Shown here: piece after piece, positions 24,491 through 37,846 of the stretch
Position numbering within the stretch: the first letter of the stretch is position 1
How the letters are laid out: each line of letters begins with the position of its first letter
From: Camelus dromedarius
Lineage: Eukaryota
Assembly: GCF_036321535.1 (NCBI RefSeq)
Contig: NC_087437.1
Location: forward strand, 101,558,001 to 101,622,000
Length of the DNA: 64,000 nt
Direction of reading: 5' to 3'
Notes under the pieces: generated by a model
What the model was told of the DNA's origin: nothing
Databases searched by the model: none
What the model saw: only the letters and a program-made list of their open reading frames with translations
Program-made: the position numbers and the translations under genes

Positions 24491-25670
24491 TGCACTGTGC
24501 ACAAAATGCAGTTCCAGTGAGCATGGAGTTGGTTTTTGTTAGTTACTATGCCAACTGGAACGTTTTGAGAATGATAAAGGGTGCTTTCTGGGCAGGACTC
24601 CAGAACAAGAGGTGTAAGCTGAGACTCATCTGGGTAAATGGGGTCATAAAGGTGCTTTAGTCTTCAGTGTGAAAAGTGTGAAAAGCTTCTACATCTAAAA
24701 GAAAAACTTGAGTGAGGTCTGTGTGTTAATTCTTTCCTTTAATCCCTGTGAAAATCCTATGATCTAGATATTACTAATTCTTTTTTTTTTTTGGTCAAAT
24801 AGAAGATGTGTTTTTCTCTGAACACTGCAGGAAGAAAGGTCACTATAGATCCATAAACTTTAAAGAGAAGAATAAAATTGATCATCTTAAAATTTCTTGG
24901 CCTTGCTCTTCCTTGCAAATTAGGAGGTAAACATTTCCATAGACAATAAAAATGTCTACTTTCACAAAATGGAAAAGATACAGAGTAAGCTCATGAAAGA
25001 AGGAATCGAGAATAAATTGAGAATGACAAACCAAAATCTTAGCTGAGCTTGGCCTGTTTACATATTTTTTAAGCAGTGTCAACATTACCAGTTGAGATAG
25101 CTTTTCTTTAAGTGCTATTGAAAAAAAAAATTGCTGTAACTTTTGTTTTATTTGTTTGTTTTGGAAATACATTGAAGACGGCGAAAAGGATGTATCTGGG
25201 TTTGACTTCTGTTTTCATACCTAATCAGAAAACAGAAAAGTAGAAGTAGCTCTAACACTTGTTGAATGAAAACACCTTGTTTCTAGAAACACCAATTTCT
25301 AGCTGAGAAACAACCTCTATGTTTGTGTCTGTGTAAGACATGGGAAAACTTAATTTTGGGTATGACATATCACTCTTCTTGGTTAATTTAATATCTAGTT
25401 AGATTGGGTCTTTGTAATTTAATGAATAAATATGAAGAATCTAGGATTTCAAGGCACTTTTTTGGGCACTGAGGTGAGACTGTGAAGAAAACAGACAGAA
25501 AGCCTCACTTTTATCAAATGTTTGATAGACGATTTCCAGTTAGGAAGAAGAGATCTTGATGACTGATAGGATAAAGTCCAAATTATTTACAATCTAAAAC
25601 TAAAGTTATGTTTTATGTAAAGTGCAAAAAGATGATTTTTAAAAAAACTGATTAATTAAGCTCTGTTTCT

Positions 25671-25688
25671 AAAAAAAAAAAAAAAAAA
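25671..25688 (+). repeat. A18 tract flanked by a 12-bp near-direct repeat
   Basis: aagctctgtttc (25658-25669) and aagccctgtttc (25687-25698). Confidence 0.7.
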
Positions 25689-26803
25689 GCCCTGTTTCAG
25701 TCCCCTGAAGAGAATAACATGATTAAATAGCTTACTCATCTGGGGAGAATATACCGTAAGATTATTAAAATATGATGATTCTTCTATTTATACATATATT
25801 GACTGATACTGTTACAATCAACTAAGGAAGGTATCCTCTTAAAAGGATATAATCCAGATGCAGGCAGAATACCAAGAGGCTTCTTGTGCCCAATTAAGGA
25901 CACTGGTAAATACTGTGCATATTTCATGATGGCTGTTAGAGGATGTAAATGGAGACCTGATTATCATTTCAACTGAGAACATTACATAATTGCTCCATTG
26001 ACTGTACTTACTTTTGGGATGTTCATGTTCAATTTAAGACATGCATTATCTTCACATAAAGTTCTTTGTGGCTTCCATCCTGGCATTGTAATGGACTTTC
26101 TCTTACAAATGGTTAAATTGCTCAGATTTTTCAGTGAGCATTTAAGATCACTGGAGTGCATTTGAGAAATATTTAAAAGTGACTCACTTTTAAAAAGGAA
26201 CAATTCATTCACTCATGGCTATCAACCTGGATCTAATGCACTGATATTTTAAAATAAATCAGTATCGATAATTAAAAAGTATATTTCAGGTTAGTCAACA
26301 ATTCCTTAATATGCCCTTAGAAAGTGATTAGTGTAAGTCTAATTCTAAGATCATGTGTATATTTCCCCATTTCAGAGTGTAGAATACTTTACTTAAATAG
26401 TTATATATTTAAAAAAGAATAATTTCAATCTATGAGAAATAACTTAGAGAAATAGTGGTTAACTTCAAATAAGTTTTGGGATTTTGAATGACATAGTTGC
26501 TTTTAGAATTAGAAAAGGAAAATGAAGGAGCAGATATTATTTCAAGACAATATGAATTGTAACAGACAACATGTTGACATTTTTAAATCTATATGAAAAT
26601 CCATCCTCTTCGTCAACCAGAACAATATCTATTTTAATTGCATATATGCCACTTTCTGCATTCTCTTTCCTCCTTACTGTATTAAGATCTCTTGAAATTT
26701 GATGTAAGGGGCACAAGAAAATGCACACAACTCTTAGGACAAAGGTAGAAGCGAGGTGGGGAATCAACTGGAAAGCATTGTAGGATCAAGAAAGATTCTA
26801 GAG

Positions 26804-27022
26804 CTGCACTGCCAAACAGAACTTTCTGAGACGATGGAAATATTCCATCATGTAGAACACGATTTAGAGCTGCACTGTTCAATATTAACAGTGCCACATG
26901 TGGCTTCTGAGCACTTGTAATGTGGTTAATGTGACTGACTGACTAACTGAATTTTTCCCTTAAATTTTACTTAATTTTAAATAGCTTTATATGACTAGCA
27001 TCTGCTTTGTTAGCTAGTTCTG
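26804..27022 (+). mobile_element. MER3 (hAT-Charlie MITE)
   Basis: 'ctgcactgccaaacagaactttctgagacgatggaaatattc...gccacatgtggcttctgagcacttgtaatgtggttaatgtgactga'; 8-bp TSD ttctagag/ttctggag (26796-26803, 27023-27030). Confidence 0.85.
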
Positions 27023-27669
27023 TTCTGGAGCATGTCTGTAGAATGAAGAAAATTATCTAAAAACGGAACGTGGTATAAGAGAAAGAGTAACTACACGAAA
27101 GTGTGAAGTCGTTGAGAAGGCAAGAGTGGAAGATATCCAGGTGGCAATCAGAAAGACCAGATTTGAAAGGACCTACTTATTCCTCTGTTAAAAAAAATGG
27201 AGACATTAACTATGTAAATCAGCAAATTGTTATTAAGCACCTGCTGGCTGGAGTCTCACTTATCTATGCATGTAGAGTTTATATTCTAATGGAGAAGGAG
27301 ATAATAAATATTTAAATAATATGAATCCATCAGAGATATTTCCTATGAAGAGTTCCATGATGCAATTTTTCCTAAGCTTTCTCCCACTCTGCTTCTTATA
27401 TTCAGCTTCCTTTTATTATCTATTCCCTTTCCTTGATACAGTCCATGGTGACTTTTTGATACTGCCCTATCTAGGAAGTATTTCATTTTTCATTGACCCA
27501 CTCCATTAAGATCATCTATGAATAGCCACAGGGGCCATGACATTTGCCTCAAAATTTCTTAGTCATTTTGCTCCTCTTTGAGAGGGGAAATACTACTTAT
27601 AGTACTAAAGAAATCATAAAAATATGAATTAGTAGAAATGTGTATTTCTATTAAGTTTAATATAAAGTA

Positions 27670-27925
27670 GGTAAGCTAATAGATGAGCGAAGACCATTAT
27701 GGGAAGGAAAAAACATGACATTGACAAGCCCTTGGGACAGAACACAAATTGCCAGGTCTGAGGCAGACAGAAGGACTATCTGGACCCCAGCAAGTAAGTA
27801 ATTAGCAAAGTGGTAAGGCTGGACAGGTAGACTGGGGAGAGACCTTCTAGGGTATTCGTGGACTTGCAGGCCATAAAGCAATGAGAAACCATTCACGATT
27901 TTTCAATATAAATATGATATGAATA
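27670..27925 (-). mobile_element. L2 fragment
   Basis: Decayed L2-like motifs such as 'gcaggccataaagcaatgagaaaccattcacgatt'. Confidence 0.45.
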
Positions 27926-27974
27926 TTTTAGTTTGGGAACAAATTAAAAAATAAAGTTAGGTATTAGAATATCA

Positions 27975-28060
27975 GCCTGTATGTTCTATGCATGCTCGAT
28001 GTCTCTAATTGTGCCTGGCTCATAGCAACTGCTCAATGTATATTTTCTGGGTAAATGAAC
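27975..28060 (+). mobile_element. L2 3' end
   Basis: 'gtgcctggctcatagcaactgctcaatgtatattttctgggtaaatgaa'. Confidence 0.6.
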
Positions 28061-28259
28061 TATTTTACCTGCTTCTCTTCTTGCCCTTCTAAAAATCTGC
28101 CCATCAGTAAGTTAGACAATTATTTTTGAAATATATCTTGAATGAAAACATACAGTATTTTCTCCTTAGATATTTGTTTGGAGGATAGGATGCATCAAAA
28201 TGTGAATTCTCTGTCCTGTGGTGACAAGAAATCCATGAATTGACTTTACATATTTATAT

Positions 28260-28772
28260 TTCTATGTTGGCTGAAGATTTACGTGTTTATACTTCCAGTG
28301 AGTCTGAACTCTAGACTTACTGCCAGCTGCCTTCGTGGTAACTCATTTGAATGTTTAATAGGCATCTTCAAGTTTAAAATGTCCAAATCAGAACTGCTCC
28401 CAGTCTTCTCTATTTGAGTAGATAAAATGGTGCTACATTTCTGCAAACCCACAAGTCATAAAATTACCCTGAACTTCCTTTATCTACATCAACCATATCA
28501 AACCTAATACCTAGTTCCAAACTACCCAACTTTTTCCATCTCTTTTGCTGCTTTGTGAAAATAAACACCATCACCCTTTTTCTCTTAATAATATCACCTT
28601 ATGTATATTCTTCATAGCACTTACTATGCTCTGGAATTATTTTATTAATGTATTTATTTCTGTATTGTTGTTTGTCTATTAAAATGTAAATTTGATAATC
28701 ACCCAATTTGTATGTTGCTTTCTTTGTGTAGAGAACTGTGAATAAACTCAATGAATCCTGGGTAAATGAATT
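28260..28772 (+). mobile_element. L2 fragment with 3' end
   Basis: 'gaatgtttaataggcatcttcaagtttaaaatgtccaaatcagaact', 'ttcttcatagcacttacta...tatttatt', 'ctcaatgaatcctgggtaaatgaat'. Confidence 0.75.
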
Positions 28773-29184
28773 AAAATTATCCATCAAGATTAGGGAACTC
28801 AATTAGACTTTGAACTCAGATTTCCTAGTTCCAAAGCTTACTTTTGTTTCTTACAATATATAGTATGAAAAAGACCTAATTGTTTAATTTATACTTTCAA
28901 ATTTTATTTATGCTTGGTTTTATGTTTAAAGGGAAAATCAATTTAAAAGATTTCCTATTGCTATGTCATATAAATTGAAACTATGAAGACATTAATTTCT
29001 TGATAACCTTGTTTATTACCTGCAATATTTTACAGTATTTAACTGTGCAGATTTGCATCTGATGCTACCTTCGAACAAGAAGACTTTCAAAGTCAGTTGT
29101 TCCCAAACTTTAGTATTTTGTATGACCTGGCAACTCCCCCAGGTCTATTGAATCAGATTCTCAATAAGCTTTTATCTGCTGAAC

Positions 29185-29320
29185 ACTTCTGTTTCTTCAT
29201 GTATAAGATGGGAAAATACTTAGCAGTTGGAAGTCTTAAGAGCATTAAATAAGATAATATATATGAGTCCTTCGTACAACGCAGACTGCATATATGTGCT
29301 CAAAACTCTTTGCTATATGA
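29185..29320 (+). mobile_element. MIR fragment
   Basis: 'tctgtttcttcatgtataagatggga...attaaataagataatatatatga...gtgctcaa' resembles the MIR core and 3' part. Confidence 0.65.
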
Positions 29321-32119
29321 CAAGTTCCTTCAGAAGTTTTCAGTTTATCATATATCACTCATTTGATACTCAATATCTAAGAACTGATTCAAATATAGGC
29401 AATAAGTATTAAACTATGAATTCAAGGTTAGCTATGAGTCAGAAATATTTTTCCAACCCTTTCGGTTACACATGGTCCCATTGGGATACTAGGTTGCATT
29501 TCACTTTTGAACTGGACTGACATAAATCTTGAAAGGTGATTGTGAGTTGTTTATGAAGTACAGTGTAATTCAAAAATGAATTACAACTTTTTCTTGGGCT
29601 TATTGATATTTAAATGTGGGTGCAGAATGTGTCTTTACCTCATAAATTTTTAAATAGCAGCCATGCTGGAAAATGCTGATAAAATATTCATTACTTAAAT
29701 TCCATCCATCATCTCATTTTCATACTGCAAATCTTTGATGACAAAATGTGTTTGTGTCTGTAACTTTACCTCTTGTCTATCCACTGAATGAGCAATGAGC
29801 AAACACACACAATGACTAGAATTTAGCTTCTAAATATTATAAACCAAGACTACTTGGGAAGTGACTGACTCCTATTCTGAGTCATGGACATCACATGGTG
29901 AGCCTGGGACTTCTTATTTGCCAAGAAAGAAAGAAATGTCCACCTATTAATATGGTCATATTACAATGACACAAGAACCAGCTTAAAAGGAGACACAGAT
30001 GACAAATTCGGGAAAATCTGTGCATCAACATTTGCTTTAAAAAACATACTAGCAAAATAAATAAATACAACATTTTAACTTTTTTAAAGTATTCTTAAGA
30101 TTATAATTCTGGGAATGCCCTATTTCATCTACAATCTAACACTTCCATTTTGATAAAATTACTTCATAAAATTATTTTTCAAAAAACAGTCAATATTTAG
30201 TTGTGTTTAAATTTAATATATAGTAAATTTAATAGTCAATACATCTCAAATTATTTTTGAGAGTTCTGTATCACAGTAACAAAAAAGGAATTAATGTCTG
30301 AGAGATAGAGAAGACATTTCAAACTAAAATTATAAACTTTATTTTACCCTTAAATAAATCTTATGTTGCCCACTTTTCTTTTCTGTCTTCTATAATTTGG
30401 TAAATGAAAACTAAAACTTTTTAAAACCATACATTTTCTACAGAAAATTACCACTGCTATAATATACATAAAACTTTATTGTGATTTTGAGCCTTTCTGT
30501 ATCTTTCAAATGCCAGGTACAATGAAAAATTAGATCCTTTCTTATGTATTATTATATCCATAATGCTAATACAGTTCTATTTTTTAGAGAATGATCAATA
30601 TTAAAATCTTTCAGTCTTTTCATTAACAAATTCATATTATTTTCAAAATTTTTTTGTCACCTATACAGATAGAAATGCATGCTTTGTTCAAAAATTTTTA
30701 GCCTGGGTGTAAATGCAGTCTTGAAATTCTAGTCAGCCATGTTGTAAAGGTCAGAGCTTTCTGTAAATGCAGAATGATTGCTCACATCTGAGTATATTTT
30801 ACACAATGATTTAGTGCGTGTTTTGGATTAACATTTTAAAGTGGAGATCTCTTCAGAGCTCTCTGATTCTGGCTGCTACACATTAAACAAATTTATCTTT
30901 TAAAATATTCAGCATTCACAATATCCTGAAAGATAATGTTTGAAAGTCTTGTTACGGGTAACAAACATTTTTTGTTTTGTGTTCATTGTTTTGGGAGTTA
31001 GTATTGAAAAAGAATAAAAAAGGAAAGAGAAAAAAGTGAATAGTTGCTATGAGTTATGGATTTTTGGATATTTTAAGTCTCTTTTTTTTTGACTTCTCTA
31101 GGGATCATTAGTAAACAAATTTGGTTCTTCATATGCATTAAGACAAAAAAGAAAAGAGAACCCGGGCCCTTAAGCTAAGTTAAGTGACAAGCTAAATATG
31201 AAAACTTATTCAAGAAGATAGAAAAATTATAGAATATTTCAAACTAAAAGGAAATAAGGAGCATAAAAAAACAGATGATAAAGAAACAATGTTTTTATCA
31301 GGGAATTCACTGAGTCAAGTCCATGTTTCTCTTTAATTCTACTCTGCTATATTTTCTTTACTCATTTTGTGATATTTTCATTTATGTATGATAAGGAAAT
31401 GCCTCGTAAAATTTAAAATACATTTGAGAGGTAAAAAATTATGTTTTCATAAAAATTCTTCACACTTTTATTCCATTTCACTGATAATTCTTGGGATTAC
31501 AATAGATCAAATTATAAACCGAAGCATGCTTTTATAAGGAATCAATATTTTATGTTTTTGATGAATGTTATGTTAGAACAGCAATGGATCAACATTAACC
31601 GCTTTAGGGTAGAACTAAGATTCTATATATTTTACATGTAAAAGTTTATGAAATTGCATTTAATATCTTGATATTAAAGTTTTGCATACAGCTCAGTAGA
31701 GTTTCTTTTCAATTAAATACAAGTGGTATCTTTTATCATATGTTCTAAAATGTTAATGACCTGAACCAAAGTCTACATTAAAAGAGAGGTCATGATTTGT
31801 GTTCTCTGCAGTCTCCAATATGAGGAAATAAATAATATCACTAATCCCTGCTAATAGAGACAAACAAATTTACTTAATTCCTCTGATACACTTGATCGCT
31901 TTATAAGTGTGATTTTTCATTGGCATCTGAATCATTAAGTAGGTTCAAAGTGCAGGATTTAATTAATTAATGGTTCTTAAGAATGACAAATTGTTGAACA
32001 TCAATGGTTACATAAACTACCATTTAGAACTTTCAAAGAACTAAATTTCTAATTGTGTAAAAGAACACTATTTTTTTTTCCCCAAGAATTTTAAGTAGTA
32101 TCATAAAGTTAGAGGATGG

Positions 32120-32680
32120 AAAAGCAGAGAATAGTGAGAGAAATGATGGTACCTGAGGTTGCAAAGGAAGTCAGGGATTTTTTCAGGGATCCTTTATATA
32201 CTAGGTTTGAAAAATCTGATTTTTTATTCTGGAAGTAATGGATGTGCATGAAGAGGCTGAAGGTGGTTAAAAGATGAATGGAGAACGGTGGGTGAAAAAA
32301 ATCTTTTTTTTTTTAATTGGAAAAATAGTAGAGTCAGGTGAGTCATAAGGAGGGATTCCAGGAAAGGAAAAGTGAGTGCCTGAACCTAAGTCAGGAGCTG
32401 AGACAATGTGTGGTCTGGAGTGAAACTGAGCACGTACGTGACCTGAAGATCATGGCATCTAATAAGAACTGTTCTTATGACATCAGAGCTGCAGACATCA
32501 GTTTCGGAATTGTTCCTGGATTGACTGTCATGGAAGACCAGGGTGGTGTCACTCAGAAATGATGCAGGGTGGGCAGAGAAGTCGAGTAAAGTGAATGTGG
32601 TAGGCCTGGTGGAAGAACAGGAATGGACGAAGACAGAAAGGGCATTTTGAGGTATTAAGTGAATGATTTGATGTTCATCA
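32120..32680 (-). mobile_element. L2 fragments
   Basis: 'ttttattctggaagtaatgga', 'aagtcaggagctgagacaatgtgtggtctggag', 'gtggaagaacaggaatggacgaagacagaaagggcatt'. Confidence 0.5.
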
Positions 32681-32707
32681 AGCAAATTTAAAATTATAAG
32701 AAGAGCA

Positions 32708-32850
32708 GGGAGGAGACAGCTTGGTGGTAGAGTGCCTGCCTAGCAGGCACAAGGTCCTGGGTTCAATCCCCAATACCTCCATTTAAAAAATAAGTAAACA
32801 AATAAACTTAGTTACCTCTTCCCATAAAAAAGAATTAAAAATAAACAAAT
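32708..32850 (+). mobile_element. tRNA-derived camelid SINE (Vic-1-like)
   Basis: A box 'agcttggtggtagag', B box 'gggttcaatccc', body 'aatacctccatttaaaaaataag...ttagttacctc', A-rich tail; TSD aaaattataagaagag/aaaattataagaaaag (32690-32705, 32851-32866). Confidence 0.92.
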
Positions 32851-32959
32851 AAAATTATAAGAAAAGACTGAATGATCCCCAGAGACAAACAACACATTTT
32901 CAAGTGAGAAATGTGCTGAATATTAACAATGATGGAGACCATTAATAATTGTAGCAAAA

Positions 32960-33062
32960 CTTTTCTTTCCCTCCCTCCCTCCCTCCCTTTCTTTCTTTAT
33001 TCTTTCTTTCTTTCTTTCTTTCCTTCCTTCCTTCCTTCCTTCCTTCCTTCCTTCCTTCCTTC

Positions 33063-33119
<57 letters not shown>

Positions 33120-33235
33120 TTCCTTCCTTCCTTCCTTCCTTCCTTCCTTCCTTCCTTCCTTCCTTTCTTCCTTTCTTCCTTTCTTTCTCTCTCTCTCTTT
33201 CTTTCTCTTTTCCTTCCTATCTTCCTTTTCTTTTT
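32960..33235. repeat. Compound (CCTT)n/(CTTT)n polypyrimidine microsatellite
   Basis: ~275 nt almost purely C/T on the + strand. Confidence 0.97.
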
Positions 33236-34639
33236 AAGAAACTTTTCCCTTTAACTTTTCTATGTATTTTCTCACATTCATCTTTATGTCTAGTTATCAA
33301 ATGTTCTGTTGATGTGCTTGCTTGTTTGGTTTTCTACACACATTCATTAACTGGCCTTTCCTCTCCACATCACATCTATGTAACCCTTCCATTTTTCTTA
33401 CTTGAGAAAAATATAGAATTAAAGCCATTTTTTTCTTTTATCATAGGAGATCAAAATAGTACTTTTGATTCAAAGTTCTTAAAAGTAAATTGAATGTAAT
33501 ATTTAATATTTGTGCATAGAGAAAAAGGCTGGTACATTACCTTACATGATTCTGGATATTTTTTATTGCTAGTGTACAGAAATTTTATCTGCTTAAGAGA
33601 TAGAGAGTAATTTCTTTAAAAATAAAATAAAGTCAATAACTTAAAAAACATAATTTTAGGAAATAAGATGTAAATTCTATTCATAGCATCAGCCCCAACA
33701 AGAAATATAACTTCTACAAGGAAAGGAAGAGAGGAGGGAAAATCTATGTTATAAGAATTTAATTAGTAAACATCATCCTGAATATCTTTTTATCTTCCCT
33801 TTGGCTGTAGGAGAAAGAGATGAAAAATAGAAGCTTAATGAGTAATCATCTAAGTTCTTCTACCATTAATGTTTTCCCAAAAAAATCTCTGAAGCTAATC
33901 CAAAACCAAACCCAGGTCAGGATATCAAGTTTTATAAGCTGCATGGAAAGAATGCTTCTTTAAGAATTTCAGTTACAAATGGTTCTTAGGAATAAAGGTC
34001 AACAAATAAAATTGTTTGTAATCAGCTCCTTTAAAAAATAAACCATTGGAGGTTTAATGTAAATTAAGATGGAAGTTATCAGGGAAATGCTCTAAAGAGG
34101 TTTTTTCCAGTGTTTGTTACTGTTTCCTCATTTCTCACAGCTTGTAGCTGGTGGATGTCCCGGGCTTTGCTCTCTGCAGATTCTCTGCACACTGAATTCA
34201 GTGTGTTTCTGCTTCCTCAAGGCCACAATCCATTACATCTGTCTCAGCTCCGCTGATGCTCTGGCCCTGACTCCCTTTGCACTGAACACTGCTGGCACAT
34301 TCATTTGGCCTTTTAAACCAGAAACAAAATGAAGGTTAAAAAAATATGTAGAGGACGACTGCTGTGCAAAACGGAGATTAACTAGGAGTGGTTTGCTTTC
34401 CAGACAAGGTTTCTTGTTTTTAAGCCTTCAATGCTCAACAAACACTGATTATCTACTTACCAGGTACAAGCCATAATCTTACATCAGAAAATAAGGATAA
34501 AGGATTCTAATGTGTGTGTGTGGGAGGAAGAGACAAATAAAGAGACAAAAATGATACGATATCAAAATCAAATGCTTACTGGGCATTATGTAATGTGTGA
34601 GCCCAAAGAACTACAAGTAAAGCTGACACCTAAATCCAT

Positions 34640-34766
34640 CCATGAGAATGTTAACTTCATAAGGGTAGAAATGTTTTCTTTTCTTCACTGTTCCACTCCA
34701 AGCCCCCCTGCCACCCTGCTAAAGTACTAAGCATTCAATAAATATCTGTCAAATTAATGAATGAAT
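34640..34766 (+). mobile_element. L2 3' end
   Basis: 'gagaatgttaacttcataagggtagaaatg...ttcactg...gcattcaataaatatctgtcaaattaatgaatgaat'. Confidence 0.75.
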
Positions 34767-36869
34767 TATGCTTAAGTTTTTGAACAAAAATCATGTTCTC
34801 AGTATACTCAACTTTCTTATTAAAAGATTTCAAAGAAGGCAAACAAAACTATAACCACGTATGTAATTCTCAACAATACTCCTTCTCAAAGCCTTAAACA
34901 TCTAAAAATTATTTATAGAAAGAAAACACTGTAAAAATAGGGAAAATGTACTTCTGCCTTAAGCAAATTTTGGAACATGTAAACTTTATATTTATTGTGC
35001 TTTTTATCAAAGAATCGCTCCAGTTTTTTATCAGGCTTACTCATGTGCTATTTTTGCCTCAACTCTTTCATTCCCAATAAATTCCTGGAGAAAGTCTTGA
35101 GAGATTATCTGGCTGGTGGTTTTGCTTTGACAAGCAGTTGGAGCTTTAAGTTCTAAGTGGAATAAAATAAAGGAATAGCCTGGCAGAAAATTCAGACAAC
35201 CAATAACTTAAACTTTTGAAAGGGAAGGGCAAAAAGAGAGGAGGTAACGTTGCCTTCCTCCTGCATTGTCTGTTACTTGTTTAGCAGGCGAATGTGATTC
35301 TCACCCGTAGAAATAGACTGTATTCTTGTTTTGAATAATGGAAGACAAGACTATCAGCAAACCTGGAACTAACAATTCCAGTTCTTTGAAACTTACATCC
35401 TAAGAACTTCCGTCTCTACTCTCAGGATATCCTTATTTAAAAAAAAAAAAAAATCAAAATACTTCCACTTCCCATAAGTTTCTATACGAAAAACTGGGAG
35501 AGGGAGACTGAAAGCTACCCCCATCTCCCAGCTGAATGGCCGTCCAAGCAACCCAGTGTGACGTCCTGAGTTACTTTTACACAGCTGTGCTCATTGCTCT
35601 CCAGATACTAACATAAAGAAAAAATTCAAAAGGTAATCTATTGAAGAGAATTCTGGATACCAAAAAAAAAAAAAAAAAGCAAATGCTAGAAATAAATATT
35701 TATGAAGGATTAATCTAAGGGTTAGGGGTGACTGATCAAAACGATGAATTAAACAGACATGAGCAAAGCTGATGTAGAAGAGAGAAGCCTTGTTCTGTTA
35801 GGAAATGATTAATTTTGATAGCACTTCGGTTTTATGAAGATTTGGCCCTTTGACAAAGTTATGCATTTATTTGGCTTTTTCACCTTGCTTAATTAAAATG
35901 TTATAGAATTACAGTATTCTTTATCTACTACTTCCTTTGTACAATTTCAGCTGGAATGAGCCTTGTTTCTTAGAGAAATTATATGTGAGAATCAGTGTTT
36001 TCTATATATATGCACTTAAAATAGCCATTTTTTTCTAATTTGTTGTTTCATTTTGGTGGTTATACAAGTTCATTATAGAATTAAAATGCAAAAAATCTGC
36101 CATATCCTACTTCCTAAAGTAGGAATTTACATTATATACTTTACATATGTATATTTGTTTATATCAAGTTCAAATTGTTATGTTGTTTTGTCTTTTCTTG
36201 TTTTTAATATTGTATTGTGAATATTTTTAAAGTCATTATATATTATTTGAAAATCTGATGTTTCATGCCTATATGATAACTTACCCAATAAATATATTAT
36301 AATTTAAAAAATAACATTTTACATCCTAACTCCTAATTCATCAACTTTATGTTTAAGAATGTGAGGGAGATCACTGTTTAATATTGATAATAACATTTAT
36401 ATCATGTTTTATGTACAAGAAAAAGAAGAAAAAATGACAACCATCAGAATCATGACATAAATAAAACTCATTTCTACAAGAGATGTTGGACAAAAATAGA
36501 AATTATACCCCCAAACCACACTCCAAAATTCAGAAAGCAAAAGGGAAACTATTTTAAAAAATGATAAGCACATTGCTGAATTTTCAGGCTAAAAAAATTA
36601 TCCAAGAGCTAGTAATATAAAGAAATCCCACAGGAGACAATAAGAATTACACTTGTTTACTTCACGGAGGTAACCGCCTCAGATCTACCATCTCGCTGCT
36701 TGCGATTTATAATCCCCAAGAGACATGATATACGTCCACAGATACTCTGGGTGGAAAAGTTGGAACTAGATTCCCGACATAACGCTAGGTAGTGGGAAAG
36801 GCTGCATGTTTTAACACTGCAGCAGGGGCCCTGCTTCTTTCTCTGCCATTCAGGTACGAAGGAAACCTT

Positions 36870-37045
36870 TGGGGACAGCAGAGTAACATGATGAACTCAG
36901 GTTCTTAAAGGAACCCATGAAACAAAGTTCGCCCACCAACTTGGACTGGCTAGACTGTTATGTGATAAAGAAATAAATTTTTATCTTATATAACTCACTC
37001 TATTTTTAGACTCTTTGTTAGAAAAGCCTAATTTTTATCCTAATA
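36870..37045 (+). mobile_element. MaLR LTR 3' fragment (MLT1J/K-like)
   Basis: 'gactgttatgtgataaagaaataaatttttatcttatataac...ctctttgttagaaaagcctaa'. Confidence 0.55.
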
Positions 37046-37846
37046 TTCTTACTATTTAAATGAGCTTTCTTAACATGTGATGCCTACCGTCCACAGTCTG
37101 AGGGGACAGATTTAGCATCATCATGTAGAAAAGTTTGGTTATATTTTCTAGTTTATTTTTAGCAAGCTCCTTTTTAAACCTGTTTTTTTACAGACATTTT
37201 TTGCTCATAGTAAGTAGCATATAACGATTTACAGAAAGATAATTTATGTTTTTAAATATCTTTCATGAATTTTGCCTGATTGTCTAGTTTTCTTAATTAT
37301 TTGTGAGAAAGGTAGATTTTATAATTTTGATGAATATCTTTAGTATAACCTGAACACGAAGGGCTCATAGTCGGCAGATACCTCATGATTTGAATTCATC
37401 AAGAGTCCATATGCAATTACTCACACATGCAAAAAAGATTCAATCCAAGATTTTTACTGAAATACAGATATTATAAGAGATGATTTAAAGAAAATGAGTG
37501 TAAAGAACTTCTATTATTGATCAATCAACAAACCTCCCCTTTGGACATCTCCACTTTGATCACAAAGTTCTTTTGGTTCCTGCCTTCTGAAATCATTTTT
37601 TTTCCTATAGCCTGTCCCATCTTTTTTATTTTTCACAGTAACTCAACTCTGGTTCATAAATACTATTATGCAGTAAAACAGGAAGACTGCAGTTGGCCAA
37701 GCCTATCATTTTCTCTTAGAAAGCAGTTTAACAACCACCTGTGGTCATTCAAGCATATTGCCTGTGCTTCTCACTGCCCATACCTAGGCCTTAAGCACTT
37801 TATCCATTGGTTATATTCAAATATGAAATTGCACTGTGTTCTCCTC

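Noticed and set aside
32708..32780. tRNA gene
   Set aside because: Degenerate stems, SINE body, A-rich tail and TSD identify it as a SINE.
32929..33237. F/L/S/P-rich ORF resembling a membrane protein
   Set aside because: Translation of the (CCTT)/(CTTT) microsatellite.
35439..35678. Two poly(A) runs as possible retro-insertions
   Set aside because: No flanking TSDs, unlike the run at 25671.
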